A stretch of DNA of 63,218 nucleotides, counting the filler, from Collodictyon triciliatum (taxonomy: Eukaryota): NCBI GenBank assembly GCA_043381765.1. It is 7 parts of 7 records of this genome, joined end to end, with 100 filler letters (N's around TTAATTAATTAA, not from the genome) between each part and the next. Parts side by side here need not be neighbours in the genome. Positions count along the whole stretch, not along the records: positions 18,751 to 31,043 come from JBHJMP010002205.1; positions 31,144 to 37,865 come from JBHJMP010002207.1; positions 37,966 to 48,997 come from JBHJMP010002208.1; 4 more parts are not named here. One strand, written 5' to 3'. Both the position numbers and the translations under genes were made by a program. Positions 24,328 to 40,953 of the stretch are shown one piece after another. The notes below the pieces were generated by a model. That model was not told where the DNA came from. It did not search any database and saw only the letters and a program-made list of their open reading frames with translations. Each line of letters opens with the position of its first letter. Within the stretch, counting starts at the first letter, position 1.

Positions 24328-27110
24328 ATGACGTCCCCAAACTACGGTTCATACTATTCCAACTTACTATCTCAAACAAGCACCACACAGCAACAACAGC
24401 CATATCAACCAAAACCCGCTTCAAACATACCTCCCAAACCACTAGTCCCAATCAACAGCGCACTCTTTTCTGTGCATGAGCATCATGTGCCACATCACCA
24501 GAATCACATGAATACCCGCCTTGATTTGAGTCATCGCATCCCACAAACCCCTGACGAAATCGCACACAGCAACTATGTCAAGTCTTATCATTACCAACCC
24601 GAATACTATGACCACCCGGGGCTTGGACGTCATGTTGGACCCAGTGACTTTGAAAAAATTCGCCTTCTAGGCAAGGGCGATGTTGGGCGTGTGTATTTGG
24701 TAAGAGAGAAGATGTCTGGCAACCTATATGCCATGAAGATTCTGCTGAAGAAAGAGTTGATTAAGAGACACAAGGTATGTATGTTGCATTTATAATATTT
24801 TTAGCTTCGGTGTCATACGTCAGTTTATTATGACACCAATTTGATTCACAATTCTTTGACGTTAGGTGGAGCGCATCATGACGGAAAAACATGCATTAGC
24901 AGCAGCAAACCACCCTTTTGTCATCACGTTGTACCACTCATTTCAAAGCACAGAGAAGCTTTTCTTCGTTATTTCCTATTGTGCGGGTGGAGAATTCTTC
25001 CGCATGCTACAAACACAACCAAACGGACGATTGCCCGGTACGCAAATTTTAAAAGGAGACATATGGTGCACATACTGTATTTTCAAAAAAGAAAAAAAAA
25101 AGAGATGAACATTTCATTAAGAAAAAGATTTATCAATCGGGGTTTAGTGAACGTTGGCGATAACAGGAAAAAAAAATTCATTCGAGATTCATCTGATTTC
25201 CTCTTAATATTTAGAGCACGTTGTTTGTTACTACACTGCTGAAGTTGCTCTCGCCCTTGAGTATCTTCATTTAATGGGATTCGTATACAGAGGCATCGTC
25301 TCCATACATTACCTCATATTATCGAGCTTCGCTTCAATATATGGATTCTCTTTCCCTGATCTCCCATGTTTCGCATCAAAATAGAGTAATGATTAAAATT
25401 GCTTGTAGATCTGAAGCCTGAAAATCTCCTTCTTCATTCCAGTGGGCATATCAAAGTTGCTGATTTCGACCTTTCTAAGGAAATTCTACAACACCAGAGC
25501 ATCCGCCCAACAGTTTGCCTCCGTGCAGAGATCAAGGTTGAATAACGAACCTTCATCACATAAGTGTTCAATAAGCAGAATTTTACCTTACTTTTGAAGG
25601 CATACCTTTGGCAATTAAAAAGAAATAAAGGATAAGAAAAGATTACAGTACCATTTATTTTAAAGATGCTTTTCTTTATTTATTTATTTTTTTTTATTGA
25701 AATCGTGGGAGGTGAGAAATTTTGGCCTTGCTTACTTGCCTTCTTTTTCGCCGTATTTTTATCTATTTTTTTATGTTAAGAGGGTCGATTATTTTGGAAC
25801 TGAACATATCTATTCCAGAAAATGTATGATCCCATCGTTGCTACGAAGCCCACTCTTCACAAGACAACATCATTTGTGGGCACAGTAGAATACATCGCCC
25901 CAGAAGTTGTTCGCGGTCATGGGCATGATGCAAGCCTCGATTGGTGGACTTTTGGTATTTTTGTTCATGAATTAATTGTAAGTTAGCACACCACGATTAT
26001 ATTTGATATATTACCTTTCTCGCCCCTTTGTACGGCATAACCCCGTTGCACTTTCAATCGAATAAAGGAAAAAGTATATATAATTGATATCTATTTTTCT
26101 TATCGAAAATTTGAGACACAAAGATATCATAAACTTTGAAGGAAGAATAACCTCATAAAAAGCCCATATAAATATATCATCATAATTTTCTAATCTTCAT
26201 CTAATGTATCTTAATTTACCTTCTTTTTTTTTTTCCAATCCTGTTGGACCGAATAATTTCCTTCTTTCTTACCTGAATGAAATCTAGTATGGTTCGACAC
26301 CTTTCAAAGGACCTTCACGAGACGAAACCTTCGCAAATATTGTCTCTAAGAAACTTACCTTTCCTACAAATGTCCAAGTATGTCCCTGTTTGCTTTGTCT
26401 CCAGAATAACCCTCATGGACATTTTGAAACCACTATTAAAAGATGCAATCATTTTCTTTATTTTTTCTAAACCTACCTACGAAACCGAAATAAACACAAT
26501 GAACATAATAATAATCATAATAATAAAACACTACACGTCTAATCAAGACCTTATATCTAGACAAGCCCCGAATGCAAGCACTTGATTAGCAAACTTCTTA
26601 AGAAAGACTGTGCGCAACGGCTTGGGTCCAGATATGGAGCTGCAGAGATCAAAGCACATCCGTTTTTCAAGGAAATCAACTGGGCCTTGATTCGCAATGA
26701 AACTCCACCAATTGACCCCATTATCTCACATCCTTTAGATACAAGGTTTGTCTCCCCTTCCCAAAATACTCGCAAGCGTTAATTCAAAATAAATAAAATC
26801 AAATAAAGTCAAATATAACCACATACATACCACCCGCCAGAATAATGTTCATCTGGGTCCTGTATATTTCTCGCTCGAAATAATTTAAAAAAATATAAGC
26901 CAAATCCCCCACGATATTTTCTCCCCATGCACCATCTCATTTTCCTTGATAATAAACGAGCATTTCAATCGCAGTCACTTTACACCCGTCGTGGACGACA
27001 TGCCAGTCGACTTTGACAGGGAAATCCTCATGGAGGACCACACCGAGCCCACGGGACATTTCCGCCAATTCACGTACCACCGCCAAGTCGCGTCAAACAC
27101 ATGTACGTGA
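24328..27110 (+). CDS. AGC family Ser/Thr kinase, Fpk1/Kin82/Nrc-2 (phototropin-related) type, multi-exon
   Basis: [108 protein letters not shown]. Stop TGA 27108-27110. Confidence 0.92.
26014..26074 (+). mobile_element. Short LINE family B 3'-end copy (~60 bp) in kinase intron
   Basis: CCTTTCTCGCCCCTTTGTACGGCATAACCCCGTTGCACTTTCAATCGAATAAAGGAAAAAG matches the reverse complement of 22270-22325. Weak degenerate TSD TATA(T/A)TTGATAT at ~25998 and ~26079. Confidence 0.7.
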
Positions 27111-27762
27111 ATCAGAATATAATTTCTACGAACCACTTCCACACGCGTGCTCACGAAACAATCCTTCTTCGACAGACTGCGATGCGCCGCCGCTCAAGTC
27201 AACTTAGAACGGACATTCATATGCGGCAAACGAATGGACTGTTCAGAAAGCAGGATTTAGTTTTGCTGTTTGTTTATGACGCCCTCTCCTCTCTTTTCTT
27301 TCTTTTTTTCTCCCCATGGACGATTCACCCCGATGCGCTCATATTCATGGCATCGTGTTTGCTTTCATTAATGAACAAAGAAACAAATAACCACATTCGC
27401 GGGAGCATTTTTGGGCGTGTATGTACCCGACTTACGCCCAAGCAATACAATCTTTCAACCCATTGCTTCACCCATCTTATGTTTGTGTTTCTCGCGCGAA
27501 GGAAATGTATTTAAATTAGAGTGGTTTGGAATTATCTTGTGTTGTGCAGCGAGAATAAGCAGGACAGTACCACAAAACTGCGCTTGTGGGTTGGCGATGC
27601 ATCCCATCTATCTTTCGATTTTGGTCATTTGAATAGTTGTTTTCTTATTGATTTATTTTTGAGATATATCATCGTTTTAATCACCAATGAGAAGAAGAAA
27701 AAAAACCTGATTCAGCAGGACAGGAAAGAAGAAAAGAAAGTATTTGGAGGTGCGGACAAGGC

Positions 27763-30790
<3,028 letters not shown>

Positions 30791-31143
30791 CTTTTATATT
30801 TATTCGCCAATAAACCGAGAAAAATTAGCGCAGCGAAGAGATTATGCCATAAATGATCGTCCAGTACAAGGGAAAACAAACAAATAAACAAATAAACAAA
30901 CAAACAAACAAACAAACAAACAAACAAACAAACAAACAAACAAACAAACAAACAAACAAACAAACAAACAAACAAACAAACAAACAGAAGATTCATTTGA
31001 TTTACTTTTGCTGTTTCCACAATCGGGTTGATTTCGATGTTATNNNNNNNNNNNNNNNNNNNNNNNNNNNNNNNNNNNNNNNNNNNNTTAATTAATTAAN
31101 NNNNNNNNNNNNNNNNNNNNNNNNNNNNNNNNNNNNNNNNNNN

Positions 31144-31348
31144 TCTTTTTCTTTTTTCCTTTTTCTTTTTTCTTTTTTCTTTTTTCTTTTCTTTTTCTCT
31201 TCACCCAAAACACAAAACCTCCAACCACACAATCCGGGGTTTTCCACTGTCTTGCCCACAACTCATTTTTGTCCTTGAGGCGAAGGCGGTTTCATCAGCT
31301 TTGTTTTTCTCTCAATAAACTGTTGAAAAGAAACCCAAAAAAATCAAT
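31144..31348 (+). mobile_element. Interspersed repeat family C, copy 2 (3' part)
   Basis: T-rich tract then CCCAAAACACAAAACCTCCAACCACACAATCCGGGGTTTTCC..CTCTCAATAAACTGTTGAAA, matching 13125-13265. Confidence 0.75.
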
Positions 31349-31579
31349 ATATTACCTTGTTGATTGATAAAATATAAATGATGTATGTGTAACTTTGCCC
31401 ATTAAATTGTTGACATATTTTTTTAATTCTAAAAGTCTTATCTGTTTAGCCCGTATCAACAATCTCTCATTCAACCATCAAGCAAGTAGTTCCAAAGTAG
31501 GTGGGGATGTGTGGGAGATAGAAAATAGAAAAAGCAGGGATAAAATAAACAAAAAGAAAACAAGGGAAAAGAGAGGTCC

Positions 31580-32282
31580 TTGACGCTTGATAAGAGACGC
31601 ATGGATTTCTTTTGTGGGACGCGTGATAGTGTCCCGCGAGTATGAAAAAAAAGGGACGGATGATAATGATTGAACGGAGGAGGAGGAATACTGCTTTGAT
31701 GGCGCAAGGTGTCGAAAAGGATGGTGAAAAGAGAAGTGGGGTTCGTTTCATAAGCACTAGGTCGAGTGCAAAGAGGACTTCTCTGCATGGTTGACTCACC
31801 TCCTTCCAGACCATATTAGGGTCTTTTCAGTAGCGGTTATCGAAGGGATTTCTCCCTCTTGCTTGCAAAAGAAACCTATGGCTATAAGATTCCACTCCCT
31901 GGTGTCTCTCTCAACCAAGGTCAGGAGTTTTGGCTTTGTTACCGCAGGTCTTGCAAGTGGATTTGGTCAGCTATTCAGGACTCACGTGTCATGAGGTGTT
32001 AGCTGCCTGCAGTCTCCCGGCTCAGGGAGTCTGTTAATGGGTTCGTTTGGGGTAGGTATGGGTATGATGGTCGGTATACTCATAGAAGAGGTCAGGACTG
32101 ATGCGAGGTATCCAGGAGAGAATGTTTGGTTTCAAATTGTTTTGACACTCGACGGGTTGTGAAAGTGAGCAACATTTCCCCTCCCTCTTGAATGGCATCT
32201 TCAGGAATCGGTCCTGAATGACTGAGGGAGCTGCCAAGATCGATATGTGTCTTAAAACCAAATGTATCGCAAATCCTCCGGG
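31580..32282 (-). pseudogene. Degenerate LINE ORF2 3' region (remnant CCHC/zf-RVT)
   Basis: Minus translation contains CKTCGNK....VESYSHRF(frameshift)FC...MVWKEV among stop codons. It lies downstream of ORF1, across a ~700-N gap. Confidence 0.45.
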
Positions 32283-32978
32283 NNNNNNNNNNNNNNNNNN
32301 NNNNNNNNNNNNNNNNNNNNNNNNNNNNNNNNNNNNNNNNNNNNNNNNNNNNNNNNNNNNNNNNNNNNNNNNNNNNNNNNNNNNNNNNNNNNNNNNNNNN
32401 NNNNNNNNNNNNNNNNNNNNNNNNNNNNNNNNNNNNNNNNNNNNNNNNNNNNNNNNNNNNNNNNNNNNNNNNNNNNNNNNNNNNNNNNNNNNNNNNNNNN
32501 NNNNNNNNNNNNNNNNNNNNNNNNNNNNNNNNNNNNNNNNNNNNNNNNNNNNNNNNNNNNNNNNNNNNNNNNNNNNNNNNNNNNNNNNNNNNNNNNNNNN
32601 NNNNNNNNNNNNNNNNNNNNNNNNNNNNNNNNNNNNNNNNNNNNNNNNNNNNNNNNNNNNNNNNNNNNNNNNNNNNNNNNNNNNNNNNNNNNNNNNNNNN
32701 NNNNNNNNNNNNNNNNNNNNNNNNNNNNNNNNNNNNNNNNNNNNNNNNNNNNNNNNNNNNNNNNNNNNNNNNNNNNNNNNNNNNNNNNNNNNNNNNNNNN
32801 NNNNNNNNNNNNNNNNNNNNNNNNNNNNNNNNNNNNNNNNNNNNNNNNNNNNNNNNNNNNNNNNNNNNNNNNNNNNNNNNNNNNNNNNNNNNNNNNNNNN
32901 NNNNNNNNNNNNNNNNNNNNNNNNNNNNNNNNNNNNNNNNNNNNNNNNNNNNNNNNNNNNNNNNNNNNNNNNNNNNNN

Positions 32979-34222
32979 NACACCGATGCAGATGCACTCC
33001 TCTGGTGGGAGGACATCTGCTGAGCAGCTTTTTCGGCTATAGCAGCTTGACGTGTTACTCTGCGAGTAGCAGACACGCCAGCCTTTATCGCGGAGGTGGC
33101 TGCCTCTGTCGGCTTTGTCTGTTTGAGGGTGCTGCTGTGTGTTGTCTGTTTGCAGACATCGGAGTTGCCGCTCGCCTTCGCTTGGGTGGCGACGGGCTTT
33201 GTTTGTGTCCGCTGTGGGGCGGCGTGGGGTGCGGCTTTGCCTGTGAGCGTGCCGGCCGAGTTGGAGGGCACGTTTGGGTCTTTGTCCGCAGTGGAAGGGG
33301 AGCCTCTTGTGGAGTCTTTGGGGTTGGCGGGGGTTTTGCCTGGGTTGGTGTGTGCGCTGACTCTGGAATCGGCGCGAGCTGTGGTGTGGCTTCGCCTTTG
33401 TTGTGGCGCAGCGTCCAAATTTGGATGTGAGGGCGGAGAGGGCTGTGAAGCTAAATCTCGGCCATTGGGATTTGCCCGATTGGGCGAACTTGTGGTCTCG
33501 CTGCGTGCGTCTTCCGCTAACTGCATAGCGCTGTCTAGCGGCAGCCGCAAGGAGGCGGGCGAGTGAGGCTGGGGCGGGTGGGGCGACCTGTCGGGGAGGA
33601 TGCGGAGGCGGCAGGGGATGCCGCGGATGGGGAGGGAGGTGGGGACGCGGTGTGCGTCGTCGGAGTCGAAGGAGACGAGGGCGTTGTCCATGGAGAGGCC
33701 GTGCAGCTGGGCGAAGTGGACGCGGAGGGCGGGGAAGTGGCGGCGGCAGGCTGACAGGATGGCGCGGCGCGTGCAGCCGGCGGGCAGGAAGTCGATGGCG
33801 GCGACACTGCGGGTGCGGGCCCTGATGAGGGGGTGGAGGAGGTGGCCGTCCAAGTGGAAGGAGCCTCCTGCGGCAAAGCGCTCGGCCGTCTCCCTGCGGG
33901 GGTACGCAAGGCCCAGGCCGCTCGACAGGTCGGATGCCAGCAGCACAACGCCCTCCGTGGCGCACTCGCGGGTGCGGTGGACTTCGCACAGCTGCTCCAG
34001 CAGACGCAGGCGTGTGGCGTGCGTCAGTGTCTCAGTGTACTCGCCCACAAGGCGCACCACGCAGCCGGCCGGGTAGAGTCCCTTCTCCTGCAGCCCCGCT
34101 GCTCGCTCCACCGGTCGCGTCCGGTAGTGCTCGTAGACCATGCTATTGTCGTCAAAGTGAGGCACCTCACTCTTGTGCGTTTCGCTTGCGCTCACCGCAC
34201 CTGGGCTCGGCTTGGTTGCCAT
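32979..34222 (-). mobile_element. Non-LTR retrotransposon ORF1 (L1/Tx1-like gag-like RNA-binding protein), intronless, runs into gap
   Basis: Uninterrupted ~412-codon, markedly GC-rich ORF in an AT-rich, intron-rich context. RRM-like IDFLPAGCTRRAILSAC...ALVSF..VPTSLPIRGIPCRL resembles Tx1/L1 ORF1, followed by a P/S/T-rich tail. Confidence 0.6.
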
Positions 34223-34527
34223 ACGTGTGTTTTTTGTGAAAAACCTGGAGATGTTGCTTTATTGTGAACACCAAAAGATTGCAGTAAGCTCTGCTACCCG
34301 ATAGCGTATGAAAGCTTTTTTTGAAAAATATATTACAATGCTAAAGATTTATAATGGCGATGACATTTGAATCTTGATCTACTGTTTTCACTATTTCTTT
34401 CTTTTTCATTAATGAGTCGCTAACAGTTTATCCCGCATTATTGGGTTGTCCTTAGTATTCTCAAAACTTTCTCAATTTCGTTTAGCCGGCACCATTTTTA
34501 CCAGCATTTATTACAATTAAAATGGTT

Positions 34528-34892
34528 GGGGTGTGCTTCGCCGGACAACGGAGCACACCCCACAATATTCGAAGAAAATGACGTCACCAGAAGAGTGCTT
34601 CCATGAGAGAGGAATGAGATGCCATATCTACGCCGAGCTTCGACCCCACAAAAAGACACCCCACAGAATTGTCCCCCCTCTATTCCACGTCTGCCCTTCT
34701 TGGAAACCCCCCCATGCCCCCCAGACACCCCTTTGTAACACCCAGGCCACCGGCCAAACCGCAGGATGCAATCCTGAGTACCGACTACTTCTCCGCCGAC
34801 AAGTAGCGCCCATACAAACGATGGCTAGCGAACCAAAGCCAACACCCCCCCCTCGGCCCTGCACAAAAAGTTGAAAGGAAGAATAAAAAAAA
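34528..34892 (+). mobile_element. SINE-like non-autonomous retroposon (~365 bp), copy 1, with 17-bp TSD
   Basis: TSD ACAATTAAAATGGTTGG at 34513-34529 and 34893-34909. A-tail after TTGAAAGGAAGAAT. Near-identical inverted copy at 37511-37865. Confidence 0.88.
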
Positions 34893-35048
34893 ACAATTAA
34901 AATGGTTGGATTCTATGTCATAAATTAGTTTTAATTATTTTATACAGATGTGGCATCTTTACCTATATAATAGAGTTAAAGATACCACAACAGGTAAATA
35001 TATATCACGTATTAACAGCTCTGTGTGAAACGAATTATCATAATAGGT

Positions 35049-36517
35049 TTATTCTGTAATTATTCCAATCATTCTTTCAACATACTCCATTACTTTAGGT
35101 ATGTCGTAAAAGCTCCTACTTCCTGAAATAACCATATATGGAAATTGCAATTTTCTTGCCATTACAGCAAAACAATCAATTATTCCTTCGGGTCTAAATT
35201 CCATAGGAGAAGTGTCATGTATTTCTATGATGCCTGTTGAAGTCGAAAATAGCATATTTGTCAATCCGGCACCATGATGTCCAATAATTATTCTGGTATT
35301 TTTGAAAAATTTAATGGTACTCTCCATTGGCTCATGGTCATATTTTTGTACTATCCATTTATCCTTGAACTTAAATTGGAGCGCTGAAACCATCTCATCC
35401 GTGTTATTGACAGGTCTGAACTGACGACGGTCCAAAACTATCATAACACTTGAATTTGGTGGTGATAAAAATGACGAGAATGGAATTGCGGGACTTCGAA
35501 ATGGAAGTTTGTACTGAGAAAAGTTAAGCTCTTTAACCCCCAAGTGATGTCTCATCAACATCATTTGAGGAAGTATGGGTTTCATGCAAATAGGTAGCGT
35601 TGGCAATATAATCTTTTTGAATCACAGTGAGCAATCTTTTCCTCGATTAAACTCAATTATACGCCTTTCAGATATTCCAAAAACTTTGAGGGCATACCTG
35701 GAAAAGGGTGTACGCCGATCTATCAAAACCTTTATCGAATCATCATTTCTAATATTCTCTGGTAAGGTGAACCAGTGCATGAGCGTATCCACCCATATGT
35801 GATAAAAATTGACTTGTCCCCACCTACCCATAGGAAGTACAATGACGCTTTCATCACTTAAGTCATGATCGGCACTCGTAGAACACTTTGTGGTGGAGAT
35901 ACTGACGTTAACGCGATTAAATCCCATTATGGTTAGTTCGTATCGACAAGTTCCAGAAAATACACTCTTGGAATCTGTAACAAAAACCTCGCTCCCATGG
36001 TCGTGGAGGAAAAATTGTGCTTCATCACGTAAATCTACCCAGTGCTCTCTTTCGTGCATCAATAACGGTGAAAATTTCTCTAGTTTTATCAAGTTTCCAC
36101 TTGCATCACGTTGCAGCATACCAGCTGTGGGCCAGGGTTGGTTTTTCATAAATATCCTATATAATGCGGGATATTGAAAGCCTGCTCTAGGTCTCCATCT
36201 CCAGTACTCATCCAGTAGAGGATCAACAAAAAAGAAACGGCTAGAAAACCAATACATTTCGTCATACTCGGGTAACATGTTTAGCCCTTCTCTATATAAT
36301 ATATCTCCGTTGGCTCGGTAATAATCGATGTATTCCTATGAGTAGGTTAGGGCGTTTTTAAAGATATTGAATTATTAAATGGACATTATATAATTTTTAA
36401 TACTTTTAGCCTGTATTTGCTTGGTTCTTTTTCGGCAAATATATGAATAGTATCAGTCCCCAAACACGAACTGATTGAAAGGCACCACAATAATAATACC
36501 ACGATTACAGATTCCAT
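35049..36517 (-). CDS. GT61 (DUF563) family glycosyltransferase with signal peptide, interrupted by a single in-frame TGA (pseudogene or recoded)
   Basis: Exon 1 MESVIVVLLLWCLSISSCLG..KYRLK (36517-~36404) splices to EYIDYY... Contains NFYHIWVDTL, LDRRQFRPVNN and IIGHHGAGLTNMLFS..IIEI motifs. The two listed ORFs are in the same frame, separated by TGA at 35622-35624. Confidence 0.8.
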
Positions 36518-36849
36518 GAAAGTGTCCTAATTAGAATAAACAGAATAATTAACAAGTAATAAGAGAGCATATCACTCTGCACTTGACGGTAGAAAACCTT
36601 GACAAAAGGAAATCGTACACAAAATCTAGTTCTCAGAAAATAATTGACTTCATTTTTACCATAAATTTTCTGACATCTATTGGTATTGTGAACCAGTTAA
36701 TTTTTTCATATACTTTATTCAAAAAATTTGCACATACTGTGAAGAATTTGCAACTAACAAATGACCACTTGAAATTATTAGGCATCCTAAAGCATGATTT
36801 CATGATACTAAATTATTGAAAATTCAGGTATTTTTGCAAAGATTTTGCC

Positions 36850-37510
36850 GTTTTTTATTCTTCCTTTCAATTTTGTGCAAGATTATTAAAGTTTTAGCTT
36901 TTATTTAATAACCACTCGTTTACCTGGACGCTACTTGTTGGCCGGGTGGTGGAGAAGAAGTCGGTAATCAGGAATTGCATCCTGCGATTTGGCCTGTCGC
37001 CTGGGTCTTGTGCTTGCATGAGATACAAGGCGAGGTTTGATCTCCTTCTCAGCTTCTTTCCGCATGTCTCTTCTCAAAGGGTCTGAGCAGTAGAGAACGT
37101 GCAGGTGGCGATGAAAGCTATTGAGGAAAGACATTTGTATGATGTCATCCAGTCTATTATCAGGAATGGGTGGCTGGTTGTTGAGTCTTGCTTTGCGTGA
37201 GTACATGCGCGCTATCCACATAGTCCATAGCAAATGGCCTCGCGTCACTGCCCAGAATGTTTTTGCATCTGGACGCAGCTGTTGAAGAGGCCCAAATATC
37301 CCCTGGATTGGGCCAACAACAGCCGCAGCCGTCTTGGATGTCAGTCGAAGAATCTCACCGGCTGTTTCGCGCAGGTTTTGAGCGAAGGGACATTGCACAA
37401 ATGTGTGCTCAATGGATTCATCACCGTTGCTGCAAAGTGTGCATTGTTGGGAGACTTTACCAGCTTTTGTCGCGCGTGTGCCTATCCATAGCTCCCTATT
37501 GGTGATTTTT
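36850..37510 (-). mobile_element. 5'-truncated LINE family A (L1/Tx1-like) 3' fragment: zf-RVT, ORF2 C-terminus and 3' UTR
   Basis: CTLCSNGDESIEHTFVQCPFA (CCHC zf-RVT) and LLWTMWIAR motifs, stop TAG, tail AAAATTGAAAGGAAGAATAAAAAA. Confidence 0.85.
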
Positions 37511-37865
37511 GTTATTCTTCCTTTCAACTTTTGTGCATGACCGTGGGGGTGTTGGCTTTGGTTCGCTAGCCATCGTTTGTATGGGCGCTACTTGTCGGCG
37601 GAGAAGTAGTCGGTACTCAGGACTGCATCCTGCGATTTGGCCTGTGGCCTGGGTGTCACAAAGGGGTGTCTGGGGGGCATGGGGGGTTTTCTAAGAAGGG
37701 AAGACATGGAATAGAGGGGGGACAATTCTGTGGGGTGTCTTTTTGTGGGGTCGAAGCTCGGCGTAGATATGGCATCTCATTCCTCTCCATGGAAGCACTC
37801 TTCTGGTGACGTCATTTTCTTCGAAAGTTGTGGGGTGTGCTCCGTTGTCCGGCGAAGCACACCCC
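37511..37865 (-). mobile_element. SINE-like element, copy 2, directly abutting the LINE fragment
   Basis: Reverse complement of 34528-34885 with scattered substitutions. Confidence 0.88.
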
Positions 37866-37965
37866 NNNNNNNNNNNNNNNNNNNNNNNNNNNNNNNNNNN
37901 NNNNNNNNNTTAATTAATTAANNNNNNNNNNNNNNNNNNNNNNNNNNNNNNNNNNNNNNNNNNNN

Positions 37966-39920
<1,955 letters not shown>

Positions 39921-40953
39921 CTGTTAAGGAGACAAAAAAAGATTACAAAAGACAACAGAAAAGACGAAGAAAGGATGACAAGATACCAAGACAAGAAGAC
40001 AAGGAGACAGAAAGAAAAAAAAAAGGAAAAGGAAAAGGAAAAGGAAAAGAAAGAGAAAAAAAGAAAAGTGAAAGAAACTTTCGTTAACATACTCGTTCGA
40101 TCTAGTGCATATAGTAAGGTGATGACGAAAAACAGGCTGGCAGAAGGGCTGCCCTTCCTCAAAACCACGCGCTATGCGACACAAACCACATCTCTTTGCA
40201 TCGCCGAAATCTCGGTTGACTTCCGTGCTCCGGCTCCGGGTGGCTGCAGAATAAACAAGAGGGAGACAGGAATTCATTTCTGGAATATATAATATATATT
40301 TTATTTTGTAAGAATTTCGGTAGAGGCTTGTGTGCAAGGCCACCCACGCAACCCGAGACTACCCAGTGTAATTTTAGAGACAAAGGTCACTATCTCGGGC
40401 TCTTAGGCCAGCAACGTGAGGGTCCTACCCGGCCGAATATTGTTTCCGACAGACTACACCCATAGTCTACTACATGGATACAATTGCTCGCAACAGGCCT
40501 CCAAATATGACTCATCCCAATCGCACAACCATACACCATCGTTGAAGGTTATTGTTCCACGTCGTCTTCTTTTTTTTCTTTTTTTTTTTTTTTTCCTTCT
40601 AAAAAGTATCAGTCACCCGAAGGATAATATGACTTCGGCTTCTTTTGACTCTTTCTTCGGTTTAAAACAACAACAGCAAAAACAATATGTAATTAATAGT
40701 GTATAAGATTTAAGTGAACACGAACAAGAAAAGCCTCGGGTGATATATAAGTGCATGCTATAATGGTATCAATGGCATGCATATTTTTCACTTTTGCTTT
40801 GGTCAGTTTACGATTAAACATAACTCTGAGGGTTATTTCCTCCTTTCTTCTTCTTTTTTCTTTCTTCTAGAATAATGGTGAGGATTGTGTGGTCGGAGGG
40901 GAAGTCAGACAGAAAAGAAAAACCAAGAAAAAGATAGGGCAGACATCATTGGC

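Noticed and set aside
31230..31300. Hammerhead ribozyme in family C (CTGATGA...GAAA on minus strand); also CTGATGAG at ~14196
   Set aside because: No canonical stem II closing pair, the core is not conserved in the third copy, and there is no suitable GAAA near 14196.
32034..33042. Long ORFs spanning N runs (also 56159-56698)
   Set aside because: Their length is an artefact of untranslatable gaps.
34910..35048. SECIS element downstream of the GT61 gene
   Set aside because: ATGA..TGAT is present on the minus strand, but I could not form a paired helix II or an apical AA motif.
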